Below, piece after piece: positions 14,130-28,000 of a DNA stretch of 64,000 nt. The stretch is taken from positions 372,001 through 436,000 of the forward strand of contig MU058645.1 of assembly GCA_013265495.1 (NCBI GenBank), given 5' to 3'. Every line of letters begins with the position of its first letter. Positions within the stretch are counted from its first letter, which is position 1. This stretch comes from Vicugna vicugna. Taxonomy: Eukaryota. The notes under the pieces are model-generated. The model did not search any database, was not told where the DNA came from, and saw only the letters and a program-made list of their open reading frames with translations. The translations under genes were made by a program, and so were the position numbers.

Positions 14130-14945
14130 CTAAAAGTATTATTGAAATTTTAATGTGAGCTGAAAACCAGATAACGACCTAATTACAATTTTGATCATTA
14201 AATTGTAGTTATATAAGAATGTTCTTGTTCTTAACTATTGTACATGGGCATATTTGGGGTTAAGTCAATGCAATGCGTATAAATCTTAAATTTCATTCAG
14301 CTGTCTTCATTCTGTACTAATATTAGCATTGCTATTCTTGGAATGATTATTTTATGATAAAACAAGTATATAATTTGATAATACTAGTAGAAATAAAAGT
14401 TTACAAGGTACTATAAATAGATAAAAATATAAAATCAAAGAAGTAAGTAGAAATCTCATAATTGAATTGGAGAAACTAGTATGAACTCATGAATTGTCTG
14501 TTATTAAAATATGTACTGAAAAGGCATAAAAGCAGTGACAACTCAGCAGACAGTCTGGCACTGAGACCGTGGTCTCTAAATGATGTTTTCCATTAGAAGG
14601 AACCAGCAGTATTTAAAGGAATGGCTGACTTCTTGTCTGAGGAAACTGCAGGGTAAGCGTGGACATCACTTTCTTTGAAAAACAGAAAGGGGTGAGTGAG
14701 TAATGAGATTATGTCGAAGAACAAAGGGAGAAAACCTAGAGACACTGACTCCGAGTGGCTGAAGCTGAGACAATTTGAGTATTAAAAGTGCTCCCTATCG
14801 CATGTTGTTGGGGCAGTAACTCACTCTTCTGGAAAACTGATAAAGGGAAATAATCAAGCATTTCACCCTGCTTTCCAGTAAGACTGTTTTCAGGATGACC
14901 AATGTATATGAAGACTTTGTTTTTCTTTACGGAAACTAAAACTGA
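14130..14945 (+). mobile_element. Old LINE-1 3'UTR (L1MC4/L1ME-like)
   Basis: GAAACTAGTATGAACTCATG, TTCCATTAGAAGGAACCAG, AAGCTGAGACAATTTGAG and AATCAAGCATTTCACCCTGCTTTCC motifs. Confidence 0.7.
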
Positions 14946-14954
14946 AAATTGAAA

Positions 14955-15560
14955 AGCTTCCGCGCAGCAAGTGAAGCCGTGCCGGGGCCCCAGCGAGCCC
15001 TGCTGCGGGCGGGCCGCGCGGGCCTGAGCAGGAGGCCGCCGCGCCCCGGGCCGCCTGCTGCGCCGTCGGGCGCGGGCCTTGAACTCGAACCCGCCCGAGC
15101 GGAGGCTGTGGGCTCCCTCCTCGCCCCCTCAGCCTCCCAGGCGCTACACAGAAAAGGCCAAAGGCCACCTTCTCTCCCGGCTTCCGCGTCTGTCCGCGGA
15201 AGCCAGAGCTGCTTCTGTAAGGACGTTGGAGGCAATGGTTGGTCTGGATGGTTAGAGGCGAGCCGGCACGGGCTCGCCGAAGCCGAGGGCCGCGGGACCT
15301 TCCGGGGACGGGGAAGGGCGCAGGCGGCCGACGGGGCCGCTCCCAGGCCGGCCGGGCGCGCGCCACGCGGCAGACGCGGCGAGGAGCAGGCGCGCGGGGC
15401 GCTGCGTGACGGCGAGGGACGGCGGTGAGGGCCGCGAGCAACACTGACCCCTGCCGCTGCCGAGCGATGTTCCGTTAGAAGACAATGACTCGACCGCAGC
15501 AACAAAAGAAGTCTTCCTTCGATTGTCCGCGCAGGGGGTTAGGACCAAGGGCCGCGAGGA
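14955..15560. promoter_or_regulatory. CpG island, probable promoter/regulatory element with no identified coding gene
   Basis: About 600 bp that is very GC- and CpG-rich within AT-rich flanks. Contains paired CGGAAG (ETS-type) sites at 15179-15204. Confidence 0.8.
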
Positions 15561-16859
15561 AGGAGATTCCTGTGTCTTTCAAGCTGAGATAAACAGAACA
15601 CTGGAGGCCTGTGCACTGTTAGTAACTGTTATTCAGAAAAGAGGAGTCTGCGATCCGGGACGTTCGGGAAACTCTGGCCAAAGAGAACAGGGACTTCACG
15701 GATTCTGTGATGTGCTGACGTGCGTGATGACTCTCCAAGAGTGTGGTGTTTCCCAAACTCATTTACCTTGAGGCTATCTTTTCAGAACACCCATTAGCAT
15801 CTCCTTGGGCATCTGTGGTCTGTGCCACTCAGTCGGAGAAGCATTAGTGTAGGGCCGCTTACATTTCAGTGGGAGCTGAGAAGTAAGCCTGGGGAGAATG
15901 GCTTGACTCCTCTGGAGACTTCCAAAGGAGCGGAGCTAAAGCAGAGAAAGGCCCGTGTGTGGACTCAGGCGGGGCCCTAGCTGGAAAAATCCCCCCCTGG
16001 CATAGATTGCTTCCAGCTGGTTGTAACTGACAACAAAGTGTAGGAACATTTGCACCGGGTGCCCAGGCATCTCCTGATCTGCAGGGAGCGAGGATACCCT
16101 GTGGTGAAGCCCTTGCACTCTGTTTGACAGACGGGGATGAGAACAGGAAGCCAAGGAGGCAGTTAGAAACAAGGGGACACTAAGATGTGTGAGAGGCCAT
16201 CAGAGAGAGTGTGCCGTGCTGCAGAGAACTCTCCTGCAGATGAGAGGCTCTGGGGCTGGCCCCTTCCTCCACCTTCTGGCATTCCCTTTAGCTGTAGGAA
16301 GAAAGCACCATGGAATGAGTGAGGGGAGGTAAGAAGCAAACCAGGACCCAAAGAGATTTGTCAGAACCCTCAAGCAAAGATAATTTCTTATGGTCTGGAG
16401 AGAGAAGAGACTCGGGATTCAGGAGGCAGGAACCATGGAAATTTGCAGAAGAGTAGCTTCTCATGGATGGAGGGGGCATCAGATGTCTGCTGGACAGAAC
16501 TCACATAAAATTGTTCAAGAAGTGAGTCAAAGCTTGGTTACTGGCCCCAGCCAACACACAGATATGAGTAACGGCAGAAGAGGCTGACAAGGGTCGAGAC
16601 ACCAGACAGACACAGGCAGGGGCTCCTGATGAATGTGAGCATGCATGGCCATCACAATGTACACACCCATTTGAAGAGATGGGTTCGGACCCCGAAAGTG
16701 CTGAAGCTCAGGAGATCTGCAGAATCCCCACAGAAGGTGTTTAGAAAGGACTGGGTTTCGGGCACAAGCAAATGGAGATGCAGATGTTTGGAGAGTATTG
16801 AATTGTCACCCATGTAGCTGCTGCCATATTTGTTATTCCTGGAGAGGGAAACCTTCAAA

Positions 16860-19480
16860 ATACAGTCTCATAATAAGACAGAAAAGATTCATAATTAGAA
16901 AGGTGTCATTGACAATAGCTATAAAAAATTAAAGGTACCCTGAAATCATTTTTTTAATGCAAGTCTTTTTTAAGGAATTTTAATACTCAATTTAAATTCT
17001 TTTTAAAATATCCAGTTAAGTAGAGACACAAAGCTTATCATAAAAATTAATTTTTCTCCAACTTGATCCATTACTCCAATAAAATTTCTGTAGATGATTT
17101 TATGTACTTTAATAAGCTGAACAAATGGTCAAAATTAGCAAGACATTTGTGAAGAAGAAAGAGAAAACTGTGAAGTAGAGCTTGCCAATATGGTGAGCGT
17201 GGAAGGTTACCTTTTTGTAGCTTTAGTTTACATTTCTCTGACGACTAAAAAGGCTGAACAAATATTCATATTTTTGCTCTATATTTGTTTTCCTCCTGTA
17301 AGATGCCTACAAGTTATTTGCTCTTATCTCAACTGGATGATTCGTTTTTTCTTTCTGATCTGTAGAAATCTCTTCTAATATTCTGGATTTTAATTTCTTT
17401 CAGTTATAGTTAGATAAATGCTTTTTGTTAGCTTGTGGCTTTTTCTCTAACTCTCCTCATGGCACCTTTTGGTACCCAGGTATCTGTAATACAGTGGAAT
17501 TACCTAGCCTTTAACAGCTGGAACTTCCAAACCATATTAGCACATGGTCACAGAGATTTTCCTATGTTGTGTTTTACATTTTGGAAAATCTTATCTTCTA
17601 AATTTTAAGCTGTTAATACATCTGGAATGGGTATTTGCTTGTGGTGTAAGGTAAGGGCATAATTTTATTTTCCCATGGATAACTGATTTTTCAGCTTTGT
17701 TTATTGACTGCCTCCCCTTCCTGCCTGAAGTGCCGTGATACCCCTAACATGCAGCGCATCTCCACAGAAGCACGGATCTGCTTCTGAGCTGTCTGTGGTC
17801 TGTTTCTGCTTTGTGTCTCTACCTGCACAAATATCATAATGTATTAATTTGCATGTATTTAAAAAATGCGACTACTAGAAAAATTCAGTTTCATATGTGG
17901 TTTGCATTATACTTCTCTTTTGCAGTGCTTATACAGACCGTCAAGGTAAACACTTTTTCGTTCCCAAACCTTAAACCTTTAACTCCTTTTCCTTGTGATT
18001 GTGCTGACTGGAAATTCATGAACTGTGTTGAATAGATGCAATAATAGCAGGTAATCATTTATATTCCTGATTATATGGAAATATATTTAATACTTCACCA
18101 TTAAATAAGATGTAGTTGTAAGACAGTATTATGTACCTTTTATCAAGGATACATTTTTTCTTCTATTCCTAAATTATTGGGAGTTTTTGTTTGTTTTTAT
18201 TTGTTTTGTGTTAAATCGTTGGTGGATATTTTAAAATATCTAATGCTTTTTCTGCATTTATGTAACATAGTTCATTAATTTGTTTTCTAGTGTTGAATCA
18301 ACTGATTCTTCCTAAAATTGACTCAAGTTAGTCAAAATGCATTATCTTTTTAATGCATTATTAGATTTTATTTATTAAAATGTTTCTAAAATTTTGATAT
18401 TCATGCTCATAAGTAAGTGAGTTGAGACCAAAAGTTTAAATGATGTTGTTCCCTTGATGCTGCACAGCAAAACACACACAGACAGGCACACACAGAGAGA
18501 CGGCACTCCTATTATCTTACAACATGAATATTTGCTTGTATTTATTCTCATGTTTACCTTTTTCTTTGCTCAAAATTCTTTATTATGCCTCAGGCCTTCC
18601 TTCTGGGATTTTCCTCTTCTTAAAGCATATACTTAAGAATTCTATCAAAGATGGACTGGTATAAATTTTTTAAGTTTTTGCTTGAAAATAACTTTTTTTG
18701 ACTCTTGAAAGATAAATTTACTAAATTAAGAATTCTAAGTTGAGATAGATTTACTGTCATCACATGGAGGACCTGTACAACTGCCCTTTTTTGGACTTTG
18801 TTGCTACTGTTGGTACATCAGCAATCAGCTTTATGGACAGTTTTTGGCAGGTGATTTATTCTTTTCTCTGACTACTTTTAAGATCCTCTGTTTGTCTTTG
18901 GTGTTCAGCTGTTTGATTATGATACATTTAGGTGCACATCTTGAGCTTTTGTCTTTTATTATATTAAAAAATTATCAGTTTGTGTCTCATTATTTTGATC
19001 AGCTCTTCTGTTATTTGTATTTTTTTTTAGATCTTCAATAAGACGTATATTTAATCTTCTTCTATCATCCACGTCGTTAAAATCTTATTTTTATGTTTCA
19101 TCTATCTTCCTCACAAGACTTATTCTGATTCAGTTTTTCAGTTTATTACACCAAGCCTTTCTTCTGCTTTGTCTAATATGCTATTTAACCCACCCATTGA
19201 ATTTCTAATTTAAAGTAGTGTGCATGCATATGTAATTTATTTTGAGAAGGTATATGTATTTCTCTACCAAATACACCTGCTCAGTTAGGATAGTCTTTTG
19301 CTGTTTACTCTGTTTTTATTTCCTTCTTTATCCTTTATAAATACATTTATTATATATTTCCTATTGCATAAGTCCAGCATCAACAACAAGTCTTGTTTGG
19401 GGATTTGTGTCGGTTCAGATCTGTATTTGAAATTTGTTTTTTAAAATTTTATCTGGTATAGTTGGCTGTTATGAACCAGT
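16860..19480. mobile_element. Cluster of old L1 (L1ME-type) fragments, mostly antisense, with a MER3/MER33-like end at ~17840-17930
   Basis: Antisense L1 ORF2-like text. AATGCGACTACTAGAAAAATTCAGTTTCATATGTGGTTTGCATTATAC resembles the MER3/MER33 terminus. Confidence 0.65.
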
Positions 19481-22400
19481 AAGTTTTCTTCACCATATTC
19501 GTAGACATTAAAGTTTCCTCAATTACTTTTAAAGAAATTTTATTTTAATAAGATACTGGCTTCATAACAGACACTTTGTAAAATACTTAAACGTATAATC
19601 TGACCCATAAGAGACATATTTTATGTACTTGATTAATGTATTTTCTTAAAATAGTTACACGTATTGCTCTCAGAAAATAGATGCCCTTGAATAACATGGG
19701 GAAGTGCTGACGATACAATGATGAACGGAAACAGCAAAGCTGCTTCTCAGTGTTCCCGAAGCACCAGAATGCCAAATGTGAAGTTCAGAAGACAACACCC
19801 TTTAGTTTTTGCTCACCACTTGTTTCAACCCTTTCTTTTTAGATTCAGCTATGATCCCGGTCAGCCAGGTCTATTACTAAAGATACCGACTGAATAAATC
19901 CAGGATACAGCTGGGACTCTGTCTTTAAAGGATACAAGTTCTCAAGGTCCCAGTGTGAGGCAACATTTGGACAATTCTGGAGACACAGGTTAGACTCTTA
20001 CAAGAGATCCCATGATTACATACAGAGATCACAGTGCTTTAATAAAACATGAAATACAGATCTGAGCTAGAGAAAAGCAGAACTTAATGCACATTTAGTG
20101 GCATTTTAAAATACTAGGAAAATATGATTTTAATTCAAGTTATACATTGACTAGTCAAAACTTATATCCTGTCTTTGATCCAACTGTCTGTAAAAAAAAA
20201 ATAGGGTATATTTGCATTTCAGAAAATGAAAACAGAGATAAGGAAGGATAGAAGCATAGCAGACGCACGTGCAGAAAGGAGGGGCTTACCCTCCAAAAGC
20301 CAGGTCAGGGGCACTCTGCTCTACAGACAAGCCCTTCATTTAAAAAGGGTCAGGCCTACATAATAAACATTTCCCAGAAGGCAAGGCATTTATTTTCCTC
20401 TTTAAATCAGTATTTCTTGACCAGAAGCCCTGGTCATTCTTGGAACTCCCATTTCAAGATGTAAATATTGTACCAATAATTTTAAACACCATGAGTTCTG
20501 TTAATAATTTTTTCAGTAATCATACAGAAAAAAATATATTCATACATTTTAGAGAAAATACAGTCTGTGTTGTGGTTTTGCTAAGCCAAACAAATAGATG
20601 TAAACAGAATATAAATTAAGTATGACTTTCACTCTGAGTTTTAATCCCAGAGATTTTTCTAAGAATAAGAGTATTTTAACATTGCTGTTTTTCTATTTAA
20701 ATTTTTTTATTCTGTGCAAGTTTTAATATAACTTCTCGATGCTGAGACAACAAATATTTTCTAGTAGCTAATAGGTAGTTGCAATCTTATCCACTAAGAA
20801 ATTCTAAAACATTAACAGTGACAACACAGGATCCACTGGCTTTGTGAGACAGTACTTTGACTTTTCATAGCCCCCACAAATCCAGTGAAACAGAAAAAGG
20901 TGTCACATTTTGTTCCAGAACACATTTAATTAAATTCATGTCCTTTAGAAATCTGTTTCTTAAAATGGCATCAATTATGGAGACATATATGGGAGGAACA
21001 TACGTTTTTTTCTATTTGTACAACTTCTGGGTGGCGGAGCAGAGAACACTGAAGGCAGAACGGAAGCTGTATTTTCCACTGACTGTCCCGCTTAGGGTTG
21101 GGAAATACTAACAGAAAGTCTTGATAGTAGATGATGGTCTTAGTAAAAGAAGGGGAACAAGACTTTGCAGTTTATTTTTCACTCCTCCTGAAGTTTTCTT
21201 TATAAAATAAAATATTAAAAAGTAACTACTTGAGGAGATAAATAAATCACACATATCTGCACATCAAAATCAATAAACTTAGTGCTTATGTAATAAGCCT
21301 GCACGTGAGCATGAGAGTTTTTTTAATCCCCATGAAGTTTAAAGTTTATGGACTGAGCTACAGCAGCTCCTATTGAGAGCTCACTGGTAACATCACACAA
21401 GAAACACAAGTAAATGTCTTCTGAGTAAGGCAAGGAGGGGGCATTTTCCAAGGCAGAAAGGAATCAACAGCTCTTTTCAGTTTAGCAAAGAAGAGGCTTC
21501 TACAGCCGCTCTCCTGCCCTCTGAGAAAAGCACTGACAGACATTTGAGAGAAGCACATTTTTAAAGGGCATTACCAGGACCCAGTCACGTTAAGAGATCT
21601 TCATTTCTAAATTTTTAGCATTATGGACACAGAACTGGGCAAAAGAATGAGCAAATAACATACCTCAAATATTTTAAATAAAGTTTGCGTTTATAATTTT
21701 ATAACTTATGTTTAAATAAGACATACTAATTGGAAGAGAAATTGGAATATACAGAAAAGTGAAATATGAAAAAATCAGAATTGTTTCTCACACTACCACT
21801 TGGACAGAACCACTGTTGATATTTTGATGTGTCTTATTCCAGACCTTTATGTTTATCTATCAAGATATTTAAATATCTGCAAATATCTCAGGCTCTACCT
21901 ATTCACAGAATGAGAACACATTAGATACTCTGTTTTATAAACCTTTTTTTTTAACTGGAAAATATGTAACACACAGACACTGTTTCCTGGGAAATAAATG
22001 CATAATTTTGCTATCACTTTAAACCATTATACATTGTTCCATTTTATCATGTCAATATATATTCTATATAGATGAATATAGATAGCCATAGAGGTAGATA
22101 TTTAGATATAGTAGAGAGATAATGTAGAAAGAGATTAGAGAGATACAGAAAGATTTTTAATAGTATTTATATTTTCATAGGCACAGATTTCAAGTTTGGA
22201 GAGTTCATATGAAAATGTGTTTAAGGTCAGGTAATAGACCAGTAGAAGAAGTAGTTTAAGTAAAAATGAACTATCTGAGATTGTATAAAATTAGACTATT
22301 ATTAAAACGTCATCTCAGTATAAATATTTTAATTTATACAGCAAGGCTTTTACATTGATGTTAAAATAACAAAGAGCCAGAAGAGAAAAGCAATTTGGCT

Positions 22401-22934
22401 TTCTAAAATAATTATTTTTCCTTTGTGGAATTCGAAATTTTATATGTGGAGATTTCCATATAATATATCTCTATCTATCTATTGTTAATAATCTACAAAT
22501 AGCAAATATAAAATCACCAGATGAATAAAACAGTAGTTAGCAAGCATTTGTTCTACACATAGAAACAGGTTGAACACTAGGAGCTTTCAAATCCAAAATT
22601 GATAGGCAGCTCATGATACAAAGGGTATGACATTACAAGGTGGCTTATAAAGTGAAAAAGGACAGAGTTGCTCAACATTCACCATGATCGGCTGTTACGA
22701 TGGGGGTTTCCAGACGGCAAGAGACTTTTTTAAAATTGATTATCTTTCTCCATTTGAGGAAGATGAATTAAGTTTCTTTTATGATTATGAGAGGCATTTA
22801 CAAGAAGTAACCTAAGTTAAATTTTGTTTATGTTCGTGAAATGAGTAGATTTAGTTTTGCTTATGTGGTTTAAATGGTTTTGTCTTCTTGGAGGATTTTC
22901 AAGCCTGGTCTCCATTTTGTTTTATTTTAACTCT

Positions 22935-23260
22935 ATCCACCCACCCACATATGCTCGAAGCCTTTGGGGACATTTAATTTGCTTCATTGTTTTCACCTGA
23001 GTCTTGCCATGCGTGGCTTCAGCTTCCTCGCAGCATGGCTGCCAGATTCCAGGGGCCGACACCTTCAGAGAGTATGGCGGATGGCACATTTCTGGCTTAG
23101 TCTCAGAAGTCACTTAGTGTCAGTCCTGACGTCCTCTACAGGTCAAAGCCATCATGAGGCCCAACCCAGTTTCAAGGGAAGGAAATACATTTCACCACTT
23201 GTCTGGGAAATGCAAGATTCAGAAACACGTGCAGTGTATTTTTACAGTGATCTTTGGAAA
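22935..23260 (-). mobile_element. MaLR LTR fragment (old MLT1)
   Basis: GCTTCCTCGCAGCATGGCTGCC...GGCCCAACCCAGTTTCAAGGGAAGG pattern. Confidence 0.65.
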
Positions 23261-26200
23261 ATACACACGTTCTCTCAATAAACAGAGATTTAATGAAGGG
23301 CTGTCTTTTCCATACTGGAAAATAGAGGAACACCTTCAAAGTTTGTCTGTTGCATGAATGAGGCCAGAAACAAGATGTCAATTATTTCCTAAATGTATTT
23401 TTCATTACCTCTTTTTGTTGAGACAAAGTATTTTCATTGTGAAAGAATAAAATCATTACTTGAAGATTAGATGCAGATTTTAAAGGTGATCTGGGTTTTA
23501 ACAACGTTGGTATCTATTAGCTATGTATAGAGTTTTAGAGATCCAAAAGTGTGGGGTGTTGTTTGTAAACCTTCTGCTCAGGGCCTAGCTTAGTGGCATA
23601 CACTGATAGACACCAGACACATTCTTTAAGTACCTGGAACAGCCCTGTGATTCACCGAGTGTTGTGTTACAAAGCACATGCAACAATGCCATGAACTTTG
23701 AGTGTACGCCTGCAACCCACAAGTTAATTATCTACATGGAAAATAACACTGAATTCTTAGTCAATGAGGGGTTTGTAGGTGAGCTGTTCATAATCTTGAC
23801 TTCCAGACAAAAGCATTGGGATGTAAGTGCCAGAATTTCTAACCAATCATAATGCATGTTTTTTATATTGTGGAAGAGCCTCCGTACTTATGTGCTGTCC
23901 CAGTTTCAATAAGCACCAAGCCTCGGGAAGGACCTTCTACTCCTGACCCCCTTCACACAAGCCATTGTTGGTTGAAGCACCTGCCACTCGTTTGACAGAT
24001 ACTGAATAGTGACGTTTTTCAGCAGCCCGCATAGAGCTGCTTGCTGGTGTCTGTTAGCTTCCAAATAGTCTTTAAAGACGTGGAACTTTTCAGTAGCTTT
24101 GCTCTATGCGTCTCCCAGTTGAGCTGGTAAAGACCACTTGTCTGAAGTGAGTTTCTATCTTCACAATGACACATTTTAATCTCTCTTCTGAAATATCTAA
24201 CATTGCCACCCTAGACTAGGACTTCACACTTCATTTTCTACTGTGTCTTTGTCAGGAGAGTGGAGTCATTTTTCTTAAACTGCCACTAATGCTAACAATA
24301 GACTGTTCTTTGTCATTTATTTTTTTTAAGAGGCATAGTTATTGAGTGTTGCTTTGCTTCTTAAAGAATTCTTACCTTGTCCTAATTTTTATGTGTCTCA
24401 TGAGAACTGCTGTTCTCTGAATGGTATGCATTCCTCACTGAAATCTGGTAGCTACCAGTTTCCCTTCTTTCTTCATTTCATTTATCTTCATTTTAAGATT
24501 GCGGGTTGTGCCACACACTGAACAGAATCAAAGAAGCCGAATCTTCCCCTAATGAAATGTCTTATGGTCTAGAGAGCCTTTTGACACGTGTTTGTTTCAT
24601 TTTTTTCCCTCTTATTGATCTTGAGCATTCTGATGCTTTTCTCTTGGACCGAATGACACCCATCTCATGGAATAGCCTGCTTTCCAAATACACATGTGAA
24701 ACATTCTAGAGTCTGACGTTCTCTTTTGTGTTTCTGAAAATACATAAAGACTCTGTTCTAATTCTGGAAACACTATCTGTGCAATCATATCACTAGAAGA
24801 CAACATAATGAGATTCCTTGAAAACAGAGACTTCCGTATAATGGAGATGTAACTCAGGAATACAGGAGTGGATGCGGTCAGTCAACGTGTGGTAATAAAT
24901 GTAGTGAATGTGAAAGTGCCTTACACACTGTGGGGTGCCACATAAATATCAGATTGCATGATGACGATAAAAATTAATTGTTTCAGTGAAGAAGCTCGCT
25001 CTCAAAGGACACATTTACCACAAGGGGATATAGGCATGCTAAGAGTTCTAACGACACACATCCTGTTTTCTCATTATTTTTCTGTAAGAATGAAGCCACC
25101 GTTTGCCCATAAAGGGTGCTTTGAATCAGTGGGATGTAACGGGGCAATCGCAAAGCAATTTTTAATTCCTCTCACCAATCCTTTATACCGTTTTGATGGA
25201 ATCGTCTTAAGTAGGTCCACTTGCAATTTTGGTCAGTACTAGATAACGGACAGTGTTCAGAACTGAAGGCACACAAGCTGCATGAGTCCTCTGGTTATTC
25301 TGCAATAATGAACGCTCCGAATTCCCACACTCACCCCGGCGTCCTTCCTTCCCGTCAGGCTGGACGCCGGCTGGAGCCCTGCAGAGGTTTGCGTGAAATG
25401 CCCACTTCTCCCTCGTCCAAGCCTCGGCAGTTCCCGCCGCCCGCCCGCCCGGCAGTGTTTGGGTCTTTCAGGACTGGGGCGGAAAGAACATGTAACGTAC
25501 AGAACAACGTACCTGGCTTTCATGTTGCGATGACTGTAAGTAAACACCTGAAGTTGACGCCTCAGGTATTTCCTACTGGAAATAGGCAACCGCGCTCCCT
25601 GTGGGGCCACGGCTGCATCTCCTGCAACTGCCCCTCCTGAAGTCCCTTGATGCCTGCCGTTCTCCTACGCTCTACAGTTAGTGTGCAGACAAGGTCGGCC
25701 CTTGGACCCACCGCTGTAGAAGTGCAGATCACCCCCGCTTCTGCCACCTCTCCTCTGCCGTTACAAGATTGCTAGCTGGTCAGTGTCCCAAGCATAATTC
25801 AGATATCATTTCACTGTGTCCACAAACTCTAGGAAATCCAGACTGACCCCAGACTGGCCCTTACCAGGCTAGGGTGGTTAAGGAAAGGGAAAACCACTGC
25901 CTTCCCCTGTAAGAAAGAGAGGGATCATGCCACATGACTCAAGTAACTCCAACAAAAGGAATTCTTTTACCAGATTACACAGAAGTCCTACTCTCTTCAA
26001 CATGTCAGTAACATAAAAAAGGGATGGAACTATTGACGCAGATTTAACACCTGGATGAAATGTGGGCTCTAGTTTGACAGTGTTTGGATAAACCAGAAAT
26101 AAAAGACATTTTTGAGGTAAATGAAGATATTTGAATATTCTGTAGGCTTTAAATGAAATGAAAATTTATTGAAATGGAAAGCTGCAGAGTGACTGAAAAG

Positions 26201-27049
26201 AGGTACAAAATAAAACATGCAATTACGCTCTCATGTAAATTAAAAATTGCATATGTACAGGGCATGAGGTATGTATAATATACATTAAGGCATAGGCAGT
26301 GCTCATCTTTGCATGGTGGAAATGTAATATTTATTTCGCTATTTTTGCTTGTTTTATTTTCTAATTTTCAATAGTGTATTTGAACAACTTCTGTAATAAA
26401 ACAATATATGAAAGAAGGAAAGAAGAAAACAAATTCTGTATAAGAAGAGTTTTCTTTCCTGGTATCTGAACTTTGTAATTATTTATTTGTAGTAAGTTAA
26501 AGTCAAAAGTTTATAAAAAGAAAAGACTGATCAGGCCTCTTTCCTGAGGTCGCCATTAAATGACCTAATTCCTTGTATTCAGTTGTGCCGCAATGGAGTC
26601 CTACCCGATGCTCGTTTGTTTCCTTTGTTCGCTGAAACTAAGGCAACGTATTTCCATTTTAGCATCCTGTTATGTACACTGTTTGTTCACTCGGCAATAA
26701 AAAGGCCTGGGCCACTGAGAGAACTCCTCAGGAGTACAGGGACAAGCTCAGGGAGTCTAATCTCTGTGCTGCTGGCTGTTGCCAAAGCACCACTGCCTGG
26801 ACACAGCCGGAGAACATTACCGTCCAGTGATGTCCAGTGGGCAGTGAGGCTGTGTCCACTGGCAACATGAAACAGATGGGTATCCACCACTTCATTTTTT
26901 TGAAAAAAGAAAAGACAAAGTCTTCAGTATCTTCCCACAAAAACGAGGATAAAACCCATGTTTTTTTACCATGGCCCACAAAGCTCTGTCTTCCCTCTGC
27001 CTGCTGTGACCTCCCAGAACTTCAGAGGCTGAATCCTCCACACGATTCA

Positions 27050-27340
27050 CATTTCACCTCCATGTCATGTCCTTAAGGAGGACTTTGTGCAAGCTCTATT
27101 GCTCACACACCATCCTGTCTATCACACTAGTCTTCTCATATCACATCATTACCTAAAATCACATTATTAGTAAACTGTTAACTATATGATTATTATTACT
27201 TTAATTGTTTTTGTCACCTCTCATGCTTTCTGAGGACAGAGACGAGGGCTCTCTCCTGCTCTGTGATGAATTCCTCATACGTCTACAGTAATTGACACAC
27301 ACTAGTTGCTTGATAAATATTTGTTGAATGAGTGAATCAA
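27050..27340 (+). mobile_element. LINE-2 3' end
   Basis: Ends ...TAGTTGCTTGATAAATATTTGTTGAATGAGTGAAT, the canonical L2 tail. Confidence 0.8.
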
Positions 27341-27489
27341 TGCCATAAATACAGGGGTTCCAGTAAATGTGCTGCATGTAGTAAAACCATAGGTAGGTAT
27401 TGAGTTCAGTCAAGAGATGAAGGAAAAGATAATTTTTTATGAAACAGCTGCCAGCAGGCATTTGAAAATTTATCCAAATATGAAAATGA

Positions 27490-28000
27490 AGCATATGAAA
27501 AAATAATAAAATGGCAACTTTTCCCCTAGTGTGTTAAAAAAGAGTCAAGATTTGACAAACTGGTATTGTGAAGGGTTTAATGGAAATGAGCATGCTCACG
27601 GTGTAGTGAAGGGGGTGTAAACTGGGATCATTCCTCTGCTGAGAAACTTTGAAAAATGTACCAAGATATCAAATGCTCATCAGTCGTTATTCTGGGGTAT
27701 CTTACGAAAAAAATGTCAAAGACTGGATGTAGACATAGGATACCCATGACTACTTTCATAATAGTGAGAAGTTACACCTAGCTTTTCCATCAACAGGGAA
27801 CTGGCTTAAGTGAAGCAAGTACAGATATTAAATGGAATAATATGCAACCACTGAGATGCTAAAGCCAAAGAAATAACTATGGTTATTTCAGGTGGTGGGA
27901 TGTGAATTGATTCTTTACTTTCTCCTCTGTATACTCTCAAATAGTGAATATTTTATATTTAATATTCTTATTTTAAAATAGAATAAAGCCTTAATAAAAG
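27490..28000 (+). mobile_element. Old LINE-1 3' fragment (L1ME-like)
   Basis: TCCATCAACAGGGAACTGGCTTAAG...ATGGAATAATATGCAACCA motifs. Confidence 0.65.

Noticed and set aside
14890..15548. Overlapping 98-189 aa ORFs on both strands in the CpG island
   Set aside because: They are Arg/Pro/Ala/Gly-rich, expected from stop-codon scarcity in GC-rich DNA, and show no recognisable domain.
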